Source of the DNA: Epiperipatus broadwayi
Taxonomy: Eukaryota; Animalia; Onychophora
Direction: 5' to 3'
Assembly: GCA_028023455.1 (NCBI GenBank)
Contig: JAQFVV010000003.1
Location: 1,674,001-1,738,000 of the forward strand
DNA: 64,000 nt
Made by a program: the position numbers and the translations under genes. Shown one piece after another: positions 38,497 through 49,760 of this stretch (the first letter of the stretch is position 1; each line of letters opens with the position of its first letter). The notes under the pieces were generated by a model, which saw only the letters and a list, made by a program, of their open reading frames with translations, was not told where the DNA came from and ran no database searches.

Positions 38497-41400
38497 TATA
38501 TTGTCTATAATTTATCAAGTATCTATTATATACATTCTAGTAAATATTTATGTGACCTGTTTTAGTCTCTAAACTCAAGTTTGAACTACTCTATAGTGAA
38601 GTTCACTGGAAATTACTATTGTTTACCTTAACTTTATGTATTTCCTTGATGGTGTTTAGCAGTCCATGATATATAAGTGTATCTTCAGCATGAACAATTC
38701 AATTCTGCTTCTCTATCCTTTTATCATCATTTCTATTTTGTGGTTCTATAAAGTATTAATCTTGCCTTGTTTTAAGTGCATAATTTGTTGTTTCTAGTTG
38801 CAGTTCTTAATTACTTTATTAATATCAATCTTACTTGACTTCTGTAATGTATGTGTGTAGATTCAGTTAGTATATTTTTAGTCAGAGATTAAGTTTTAAA
38901 AAACTATTTATATCTATGTAATATATACCATATTAATTTGAAATAATTTAGAATTCAAATGTTCTAATTCTTACAATAGGCATCATAATTAAAATTATTA
39001 TAGAACTAATGCAATCTCAGTTGGCAAAGAAATTAGTATTAAATGGTTATCTGAAGGTTGTTTATTAAAAAAAAGCAACCTGTATCAATTATTTACTGCA
39101 GTCACTTGAAAAGATATAAATATAACCAAAAATAATTAGTCTGAGATAGAGTTAGAGAACTTTATTAAATCTTCTCATATCTGAGGATATATGCCACCTG
39201 TAGATCTCCATGTGGCTGTAGGGAAACAATTTACAGGTTGTTCAAATCATTACTTTTATTTTGTGTAAGCCTTCAAGTTATTTTCTGTATTAGTGTTATT
39301 CATGTGTTAGAATATAATTATTCTTGTTGCCATTAAAATATGTGCTCAATAATTTGTTGAGTCAGTTTATTCCATTGTCAGGTCCTTCCATGTTCTCACA
39401 TTTCTGTGTAATCTGATTGATCTAGGAATAAATCTCAGCATCATAAAGAATTTGATCCCATTAACATAACATTGGAGCAACTAAAATATTCAGCAAATTT
39501 TAACCAAGAGCACAGAAAAATTTCAGCCTTAAAACTCAATCAGGCAAATAGATTGATACATTTAGATGAAATTAATTCTACATACCCATATACTTTTTAT
39601 AAAAACTAAAAAAAAAAGTTATTAGTGGGACAAACATTTATTACAATTTTGATATAAAAATATCTCCAAATTACCTTAGTTTAAGGCAAGAGTAGACTTT
39701 TTTTCTTGCTAAATAAGATGAAATATAATAAACAAAAATATCTGCATTATTAAGCTTTTTGGAGCAGGGGTGGAGTGATTATTAATATTGTAATGAAAAC
39801 AAAAAAATAATCTAGACCATTTTTAATGGAATGAAAAATCTAAAGAAAATCTATTTCCATACCACTCCTCATTGGGGCAGTCATTTGTTATGGATTGTAT
39901 TAGATCAATTACCCATAACCATGTGAGTAGTTTTATACCCCAATTGGACAAACCAGTCTACAACTAACCATTTTATTCTCTACTCCATTTTTTCTTATAT
40001 ATCTGGGCACCACTAGGCTATCTGAATCACATTGGATACCTACTTACAATGGAAAATAGTTTGAATCTCATTTGATATATTATCTATAATAATATGTATG
40101 ATTTCCATTTCATAACAGTATATCATTTGTATCTGTGTTAATGATAACTCATCCTCATTATTCCATAATTGTCCAGACAAATTATTATATAGATCACATT
40201 TAATCACTCACCATTATCAGTTGTTTAAGAGCTCATATTTAATATAATAACATCATAAGTTTTACTAGCTCATTTTTAGAGATCATCAATGGTAGTCGTA
40301 TTTCTTATCCTGGCTCACCACCAACAAACAAATGACATGAAAATCTTCATTTGCGCAACCATTTAATATATTTACCTAGATTATCTATTAATTAATAAAA
40401 TGATGATACTAATGACTGACAATGATACTTCCAGTCACAGCCTTATGCCTAGCAACACAAGTCATGTATATTATCAATCTATAATTATTTACTAAAATAT
40501 TGTTACACTTGTCAATTCTGCTTATGATCGGAATTCACCTGTGATGACAATGATTAAAATAATTTTCATAAGACAATAATTAACTTTAAAAACATATAAA
40601 CTTTTTTTAATCAAAAAAAATCAAATTTTATTATTGGTTAGTCATCAATATACAAACAAAATTTTAAATAATTAATAAAAATTAATTATATTCAAATAAT
40701 AATAATAACCGAAAATTCTCTCCCCACCCCAATGTAATGTTAATATATTTAGTAGGTGGTTGGAAATTTCATATCAAGGAACTTTTTAATTTTATAAATA
40801 AACACCCAATGTATGCATGTATTCCCATATTGCATATAATATAAATTTTATGTCTATCTTCTTAAAACAATAATTGAGAAATAAGTAGAGAAAAGTTAGT
40901 TAGATCATAAAGATAAAAATATCTAAAATAAATCTGTTTCAAATTATAATCTTGCTATCTCAATTCCTATTAAGCTATGCTGCTAATTGCTTTAAAATTT
41001 ATTTCTCCCTAAAATATATTTCTACCTTTATCAGTTTGTACATTCATAATCAACATATATTCTCATAGACATATATGTCACTAGGTATGTGTGTGTTATT
41101 TCCCATTGTTAATAAATCTTGTTTTAAACCTTTATATATAATATGAATAACATAATACCTGAATTAATGCATAATAAAAAAACATTTTATAAAAAAAAAT
41201 ACTTATATAAATGGTTACATGTAATGATAATCAAATAACACATAATATATTAATAAAGTCAATATTCATTATTATTGAAAAAACCCTTTTCTAATAATTG
41301 ATTCTTATTTTAATACTTTGGAGAGAGAAAGAGACAAATAGATTTTTAAAAAAATTGTTAAAAGTCATTGAGAAAATAAAATAAAATTGATATTACCAGG

Positions 41401-41523
41401 TTCCTCTTCTATTTCCAATGTAGAGACTGTTTCAGTGAGTTTAATGAATTTCATTTTAAAGTCAGCTTGTTCAAGGCCAGAGATTTGAATTCAGCCACAT
41501 ACCAATGTTTAATATAACTGCTG

Positions 41524-41527
<4 letters not shown>

Positions 41528-41581
<54 letters not shown>
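41528..41581. repeat. (TA)n microsatellite flanked by a 16-bp inverted repeat
   Basis: ATAACTGCTGTAATTA at 41514-41529 and TAATTACAGCAGTTAT at 41583-41598. Confidence 0.95.
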
Positions 41582-41585
<4 letters not shown>

Positions 41586-41699
41586 TTACAGCAGTTATTG
41601 AGAAAGTTCTATTGGAAGCTTAGGCTTATAATTCTTTCTGTTTTACTGTGATGATGATGATGTTGTTGCACAGACTGTCTTTCTGTAAAAACACTATTT

Positions 41700-42300
41700 T
41701 AGTATTGGGATGGATTCTTCATTTCTTCTTTCTTCTGCTTTGGATATAGACATGTTAATAGATAAATGGATATTTTTCTTCTCCATACACTTCATGTATT
41801 TTATTCCTGGTGTTTTTATTTGAATTCAGAAATGGCAGAGGTGAAGCAATAGCAAGTTTCAGACTCTTTTTTGGTCTTTGGAGATCAGCCATAGGATGTT
41901 TGAAATACTTTACAGATGTGCTAGAGTTTTTTGTATCAGTCAGTAGGACTGTCCAACAAAAGTAGTTCAAAACCTAGCCCTGCTTATTTTGTAGAATCTC
42001 CTTAAACAAATATAATAATAATGATGCATTGGGTCCAAGAAACAATCAGACTTAACAATTGCCTCTAAATCTTTTTTTAGACTATATCGGTGCTGGCATT
42101 CCAATGTCATCACATATACTTATTTATTGAAACACCTGGTTATCTATAAAATGTACTTTATCAGTGCAGCTGTGATACAAATATCTGATCTCTTTTATTT
42201 TTACCCTACTTCAAAATTTATTATGGAGTGGTCCAAAACAATCTGCAGTCTCTTTGTAACTGTAATTACTTACTAATGAGTTATTTTTTCTCTTATGTTT
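41700..42300 (-). mobile_element. Possible decayed Penelope-like RT fragment
   Basis: Frameshifted pieces resembling FYRQ..GV, YVDDI, FLD and LPF linker motifs. Confidence 0.35.
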
Positions 42301-43449
42301 TAATACCAGATTGAAATCTTTAGAATTGACAATCTTTCTCTCTCAGTTTTAACACTTTTAAATACAAAAGATTGAATTTAAATAATACAAAAAAGAAAAA
42401 CTTTTTATACAGAAAATCTGAAATATTTAAAAATCTTTTCCCATGTATTTCAATATTTAAAGCTGTGTTCACATATATACACATGTGTAAATGCACATAC
42501 ATAAAACCCTCATAACTAGCAAAAGCAAAGATAGAAAAACATATATTGAATTAATGGTTGCTTGGTGAAAACATATTAAATGATATGAAAGCTAAAAATT
42601 ATGAGTATTATCAGAGAGTGTGGATTAACATATTTTTTTATTGTGAAGACCATCTGGGCCATGTATATACTACTAAAAGTTGTAATATTATAAAAATGTG
42701 TAATATGCAATGGATTCATACATATATTAGATTAAATTTTATAAATAATCATTTGCTAAGAAAAGCACTTGTGGTTTAACTCTGGCTTTATGGTGTTGTA
42801 AGGAAAAAAAGTCAAACTATTCAGTCTGCATGACAAATCTTAATTGTTTTTTTCCAGATTTATCATATATAAGCATATAGATGTGCCTTCCCAAGAGAGA
42901 AGAAAGAAGAGGTACTGAGAACTAATAATCACCAGCCAAACTACCAGGAAACTCTAAACTGATCATCAGAAAATACTACAAGGCATTTTATTAAACTATT
43001 TAAAAACAACATGGATAAAATTGTTTAGATGAAAACTGGCATAGTAGTGATAAATAAATGAATTCATTTTTTTAAAAGAAACTTCATTGACAAATAAAAA
43101 ATAAGAAAAATCATCAGTCATATCAAAGTGTCAGTTTTTTAAATTTATCTTTTTGCCTGCAAAAGACAAATACAACAGACAAAAATTAAAACAAAAAGAT
43201 AAAATACAAGAACTAGAAGTAAGAATAATTATTTATGATGTCATTATAATATATAAATGTCTATATATATATAAAATACATATTTTGCGGGTTCATCCAT
43301 GTTAAAAACTTTTAATATCCTGTGAGTAGGGGAATGAGGTGTGAATTAAAAAAGATTAACAACATTTGGAAGAAGCTATTGGAAGAGAAAATAAATTTTA
43401 AAATTTCTCAACCAATAGAATTTAAATATGAAGAGAAAGAAAATGATAA

Positions 43450-46060
43450 AAACGATTTTAAATCTCATATGCATTCTTATGATTTGAGAATGAGGACACT
43501 CTGAGGAAGGTACTTGATATTGTACTGAAATGTCAGCATTTAGCTATTTCACTACATGGAATAGCCTGCAAATAATAATAATATGACATCTTTTATCTGT
43601 GAAAATATTAGAATTAACACACATGCACATATATATTCAGAAATAATAAAAGTTGATTTAAAATCATACACTAAAGAATCAGAATCAAATTTATATATTA
43701 TAAAAGGGAAAATTCAACCGATTTTAGAGCAAGAATGGTTCACATATTTAAAAATAGAGCTAAATGTGATAAAGTTCAATTTTATAGTTTTAAAATATTG
43801 CTTACCGAAAATGCAAAACCTGTATTTTGTAAATCTTTTAAATCCATAAAGCAAAACTAGAAGACAAAAATCAACATTCAGTGACAATAAAATATTAGCA
43901 TTAACTGAAAAATTTGAGTGAGTTATCTGGTTGTTATTAGTAACAAACCAGTCTGTTTGATATGCATTTGTGGAGATAATCACACAAGCATAAATGAAAG
44001 TCTTTATAAAAATGTATATCCTATAAAAAATATTAGGAAAATATTACTAGAAATGCAGAAATGCTCACATTTTTATAGAGGTGGAAAAGAAAGCAGCATA
44101 TCATTAAATTCATGAAGATGAAGAATCAGAAAAAATCTTTACAATTACAATTCACACGGAACAGTTTAAGTATAATTGTTTATCTTTTGGAATTACTTCA
44201 GCTCTGAATATTTTCTAGGCTAAAGTGGGCATGTTTATCCTGTGAGTGGAGGAATGAGAATTATGAGTGAGTGAAAACAAATATATATCTTTAGTATAAG
44301 ATTAATTCTGAAAAGTGCATCTAGAAAGCTGGAAAAATAAATTTTTTAGAGCATAATAAATCAGAAAAGGATATACAATCAACTTTTAAAAAAATCATAT
44401 CAATTAAAGAAGCCCTTTTATTTATGAATATTAAGCAACTTCAAGCTTTTATAGGACTTATGAGAATTTTTTTAAAAGGAAGACTAGCATAACATAGCCA
44501 CTATATGATCTTTTTAAAAAAATGCAGATGGAAGTGGAGAAAAGAGCAAGAAAAAGCATTTAAACAATTTAAATCCCTACTAATCTAATAGATTATTAAA
44601 AGATTATGGTGGTGATTTAAAAGAATTGTTGACTATTGATGCCTCTCAATATAAAATATGGGTTATTCAATGAATTGAGGGTGAAAGATTCATTATTTTC
44701 AGAAGTGAAAAAAATTATGGCCAGCACAAGATTACAATCCACAAGTTTGTCTTTTCCATATCTTGTCAAAAAACCTTTGCCTATTTAAGCCCATGTATGC
44801 TGCATTGCCACAATGTGTTATCAGCACATAATTTTATACTTATTATCAAATGGGGAGTTCCATTCAGCATGCAGATGCTTTGTCAATGTCATCTATATAA
44901 CAAAAATTGCAATAATAATAATGAATTTAATTATGTAGATATATTGCAAATGGAATAATCTAGAACAACGTCAAATGAACATATTCCTAATGGAAGACAT
45001 AGTAGTAATTCCATCATAGATTAGTCAACAACTTTTCAAATTAATACATCAGAAATATCCTCATTTTATTTGTGCTAAAACATTGGCCTGTGGATATGTG
45101 AAGTGGCCAAACCATAATGAGGATTTGGGGGAAAATATTAAATGTTATGAGTTATGCTAAAGTACAGCAAACCTACCAAAACATTTGCTATAATGGCCTA
45201 TAGTAGCCAAACAATAACAGAAAATACACATACAATATGCAGATCCTATAAATATTCTATATTTTCTGGTGGCTATTGATAATATTTTTAATGAGTTGAA
45301 TATAAGATAAGAAAAATATAAGATCAATAAAAGCCATAAGAAGCTATGAGAAATATTTTCTTATCACTAGTTTTTTGAAATATTGATGATTGTTAATATA
45401 ACTAAATTATCAGAACTTTTGAAGAGTTTATGGAAGAAGTAGTTTATAATCATATAAAAACACATCCATATTTTCCAGAATCTTATCGATTGGAATACTG
45501 GATCATAAAAACAGATGAAGATGGCAGTATTTCTGGAATCAGGCAGAAAGAGAATCCAACATAAAAAAACCATGAGGATCCTGAAGATGTGACAAATCAT
45601 TAAGCAATAAAATCAGAACCTGATACAGAAACTTAAAAAAATGAAGATTCTTCAGATAACTTACAAGAAAGCTATAGAAAATCGAAATTCAATCATAGAG
45701 AAAGAAAATCACTCGAACATCTTCAAGACTATGTAGGGAGTAAAGTGCAATGAATTAGAAAACCCCAAGTTCTAGTTAAAGGGGAGATGCATGCAATGTA
45801 TGTGTTTAGATTTAATTAATATATTTGTAGCACATACTGTCTTAAAAACGTGTTTGTATATATATCTTATAATTTGAAATAATTTAGAGCACATATTTTA
45901 ATCCTTAAAATACACATGGCATTTAAAGTAATTATATAATTAAGTTGGTTTCAGTCGGTAAAAGAATTGGTAATTAAATGATTAAAAATAGACTATATTA
46001 ATTATTATTGCTAAACCTGCATTACTTATTTACTCCAGATATTTGGAAGAGTATAAATAC
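43450..46060 (+). mobile_element. Decayed Gypsy pol (protease, RT, RNase H, integrase) with PPT and 3' LTR
   Basis: Protease region (LKSYT..E...LYIIKG..PIL..EW), RT (ICGD...INE.L....YPI; DEESEKIFTI.IH..F.Y..L.FGI.SA), RNase H (LTIDASQY), integrase end RK..EHLQDYV. PPT AAAGGGGAGA at 45778-45787, then TG at 45788. LTR end approximate. Confidence 0.75.
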
Positions 46061-46943
46061 ATCCAAAATTAATTAGTCTAAGAGAGATAGAAGACTTTAT
46101 GGAAGCATCTCACATCAAAAAGTTTTCATTACCGGGCGATCTCCAAGTAGATGTCAGTAGGCAACATATAGATTGTTCAGATCTTTATTTTTATTTTTTG
46201 TAAGTCTTCGGGTTACTTTCTTATTAATAAGTTGTGTCTAATTTATATATATATTAGTATTATCCAAGCGATGAAATATAATTATTATTGTTTCCATTAA
46301 AATATGACTACAGTAACTTGTGAGGTCTGTTATTCCATTTTTAGCCTTCTCCCGCTTATGCCTGATTAAGTTAGGAGTAAATCTCAGACACGTACTCAAG
46401 TTAGCCGTTATACATAACTTCTTATCCACTTTTGAATCTCTCGTTTTACAGACTAACTACATATTTTTAATTTAACATAAACAATTTATGTATAAATGAA
46501 TATATTTAATTTACGAAAGAGCTGCATATATTTCAAGCATATATATATATCCTACAATCTACATGCTTAACACTGTATAATTTGTTTCTTTAAAAATTCA
46601 GCAATTGGTTAAATATTAAACCAAAGACATTCAAAATAAATTATATTTTAATAAAAATAAATTTGTAGTTCCTTTCCTTAAAACTCAGTTTCCGGAATTA
46701 AAGATTTTTTAAAGCCTCGCTTCAGAATTCAAAGTATAATTTAATACCGAGCTAATTTCTTTCAATATTATGACTTCGAAATATCCTGAATTTATGATTT
46801 CCACGTCAGATTTTGACTAATGGATTTATATATAAAAATCCTACTTGTTAAAAAGAAAAAAAAAACTATTTTGAATCACAGAACAAATTATCATGCAGTG
46901 TTTTTCATTAGCTGTGGATTTGACAAGCCATTCATCAGTGTAT

Positions 46944-46955
46944 CGCGCGGGAAAA
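46944..46955 (-). promoter_or_regulatory. E2F-type motif TTTCCCGC within a CpG-retaining island (about 46060-47260)
   Basis: Minus strand TTTTCCCGCGCG fits the TTTSSCGC consensus, and local CpG density is clearly above background. No gene attached. Confidence 0.3.
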
Positions 46956-49081
46956 CTGCTTGTTGCAACCAAGGGATCTATTAGAACAAGCCATTTCTTT
47001 TATTATAGAATTAAATTTCAAATAAATTTGTAGTTGGCTTCGGTTTTTATTATCTCATTCTTTTTTCAGTTCAAAGAGTTGATAATCCAATTAAAGTGAG
47101 GTATTGATTTAACAAGCATCGACTTTTTAGGAATTAAAAATTGATGTTTTTCCATATGTTAAAAAAAAAAAAAAGAATAAATTTTCAGCAGAATTTAGAC
47201 TCCTTCGTTTAAAACTCGTTTATTTCTGATATACAGTAAATATTTTATTTTTACTTTTTACACATGTAATTTAAATTTTTTTAAATTTATCTGGTTTTTG
47301 AAGAGCAAAATATATCATTAATTAAATATATAAAGAGAGAAAGGAGGTGAAAGAAATGTAAAACCATTTAAAAATAAGTATATACTTGAATTTTTTTAAT
47401 AGTATATGTACATATTTTATATAAGAGAATCATTAAAAATAACTTAATAGAGATAGGAATAGTAAATTAATTTTCTGCGAAAACTAATTTTTTTATATAC
47501 TATGAGTACATTTGATTATTAGACATCGTCATTATGTGGAGATTATATAAATAACATATCTTCTGAATGATCTATCATCTGTTTGGTGAAAAGTAAAGAA
47601 TACAATAATAAAGCAGTCTTTAAGTAATTACTGCTGACCAAAGACTTCGACAACTGCTTTCCCCTTCTCTCACCATCAGTACTAAGTTTGCACTGAAAAA
47701 GAAGTGAGTACACAATAGCTTACCAACTTCATGATACTGATAGATAGCCTTAGTGGTTTTTTATTCTTGTTTTACTTATCTTTGGATGACTATCCAGAAT
47801 GGTATTTTGAAAGAAAAACCCTGAGTTTGTTTAAAATCTCAAAAAATTTACAAATTTTGTACTAGTCTAGATTGAAATCTCAAGCTGTGAATGCAGCAGC
47901 CAGAAATGCCAACTAAGTTTCAGAAAAACATAAAGAAACCTGCATATTAAAGATGTCTTTGCAATTCTTCACAAATGCTAAAGAATTCTAGAGAGGAGAC
48001 ATGATATACTTACCAAGTTAAATAACTTTCATTAACTAAAGTTCTCAATTTCTCTTTCTTTCCTTTTGAGCTAAACAGATAAATATTCATTTTCCAATTG
48101 AGAATTGGATAGATTACTGAGTTAGATAGTAGACCATCTATCAAAACAACTTACTTGAAATAAACCTCATTTTAAACTCCAACTCAATTCAAACTTCAGT
48201 TCAATAATAAAGACATTATTCACTATATCATGAGACCTATCACAAATATAACAAAATATTTTAACAGCAAACCAAATTCTTTTTAAAACTGTTTAGTAAG
48301 CTGTTTGATTATAATTATCAATTTAATGTTTATTAAGACTTGAATGAAAAAGCATGGGCATATATTTAAATATACTAATTTATTTCTCAAAGACAAATTG
48401 AGTAGCTAGATAATAAAGTGTTACAAGTAAGCCATATTGCTTAATTATTATCAGTATAACCTGACATTGCCTAACATTTCTTTAATACAATTTAACTTAG
48501 CATCTTAATATTTAAAACTCCATCATGCATTTTAATAAGCCCTTTACATCATTAAGATTGAAATAGATAGTTTTTGTATGCTGAATACTGTTTTTTTTTT
48601 TTTCAATCAAAAGTTTTTAAAATCAATAAAATTGATTTACACATCAGTTATTAAACTTATATGATTGGTGGTTCAAAAACGATACTGGATTTGATATATA
48701 TATATTCTGTACATTTGTATTAATTGTTGATAAAGATTGTCAATGAAACAATTAAAAGTACTTCCAGTAAAGAATATATTATTTAATTTTGAATACTGTG
48801 TTAAATAAATGTTTGAATTATTAATATGTATATATTGAAAACAGTTACTTTTATTGAAATATTTTATTGAGTAAAATTTATAAAATGGAGAAATTATTTC
48901 AGTTAAATTTGGAAAAAAAAGACATATAAATGGCCTCCATTTTTAGCTTCATGCAGATGAGTCCTTTCTATATTTTCTATATTAATCATTCATAAATTCT
49001 TTATGCTGCAGCAATTTATATGGAAATTGCTCTTGAATAAGTGAAAAAAACATTATTATTTTGAAACAAAACAAGCAAAAT

Positions 49082-49190
49082 ATGTCAGGCATTGGTGGTC
49101 GAGAGGTCAGCGACGGTTACTTTACAAGTAGTTGTTCCAGGTTAGTGGGTTCACTACCCGGCTAATGCTATGACACATGAGGAAAAAAAA
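49082..49190 (+). mobile_element. Near full-length tRNA-Gly-derived SINE copy
   Basis: GCATTGGTGGTCGAGAGG...GGGTTCACTACCCGGCTAATGCTATGACACATG plus an A-tail; imperfect TSD AAAACAAGCAA on both sides. Confidence 0.8.
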
Positions 49191-49605
49191 CAAGCAATAT
49201 AATCCATAAAATAAAATAAAAATAAGGAAAAACATACTGTTAAAAAAATAACTTTATTAAGCAGACACAAGATATTTGTCTGAAGGTTTGTAATGATGGT
49301 ATATTATAAGATGTGATATGTTGGACCATTTCCACCACTTTTTTTTTATGAGTGAATGTTGAATGTATAGAAAATTTTAAACTTTATTTAAACTTTCCAA
49401 ATACAAACAACTTGTTGGTAATATCACACAAATAGACAATACAGGTTAGTAATTACATAATGTTTCAAGTAGTAGTATTCTCCACTCTTCTTCAGGTGTT
49501 GCTAGCCTATATGCACAGTGACAATATTTGCTTAGAAGTTGAAATCTCACCTTTAGATTCTTGTATATTGAATTTAAGGTAAACACTCTACCAACTGAGC
49601 TGCTT

Positions 49606-49696
49606 GACAGAATAGCTCAGTTGGTAGAGCATTTGCCTTAAATTCAATATACAAGAATCTAAAGGTGCGAGTTCAACTTCTAATTGAATATTGTCA
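49606..49696 (+). ncRNA. tRNA-like module (Pol III A box, weak B box)
   Basis: GACAGAATAGCTCAGTTGGTAGAGC...AATCTAAAGGTGCGAGTTCAACTTC...TTGTCA; the D-arm and ATCTAAAGGT resemble tRNA-Phe-type sequence. Confidence 0.7.
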
Positions 49697-49715
49697 CTGC
49701 GAATAAAGGCCAGAA

Positions 49716-49760
49716 ACACCTGAAGAAGAGTGGAGAATAATACTACTCGAAATGTTGTGT
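49716..49760 (+). ncRNA. Minimal type I hammerhead ribozyme, best-preserved copy (inverted partner 49455-49499)
   Basis: ACAC-CTGAAGA-A-GAGTGG(agaataata)CTACTC-GAAA-TGTT-GTGT: intact core, 4-bp stem I, 6-bp stem II. Stem III ATGT (partner ACAT) implies an ancestral palindromic ACGT. Confidence 0.8.

Noticed and set aside
43316-43340. ATCCTGTGAGT.G.GGAATGAG shared with about 44237-44258
   Set aside because: The second copy fits the decayed RT ILVSG stretch. Only two short copies, so there is no evidence of a separate element.
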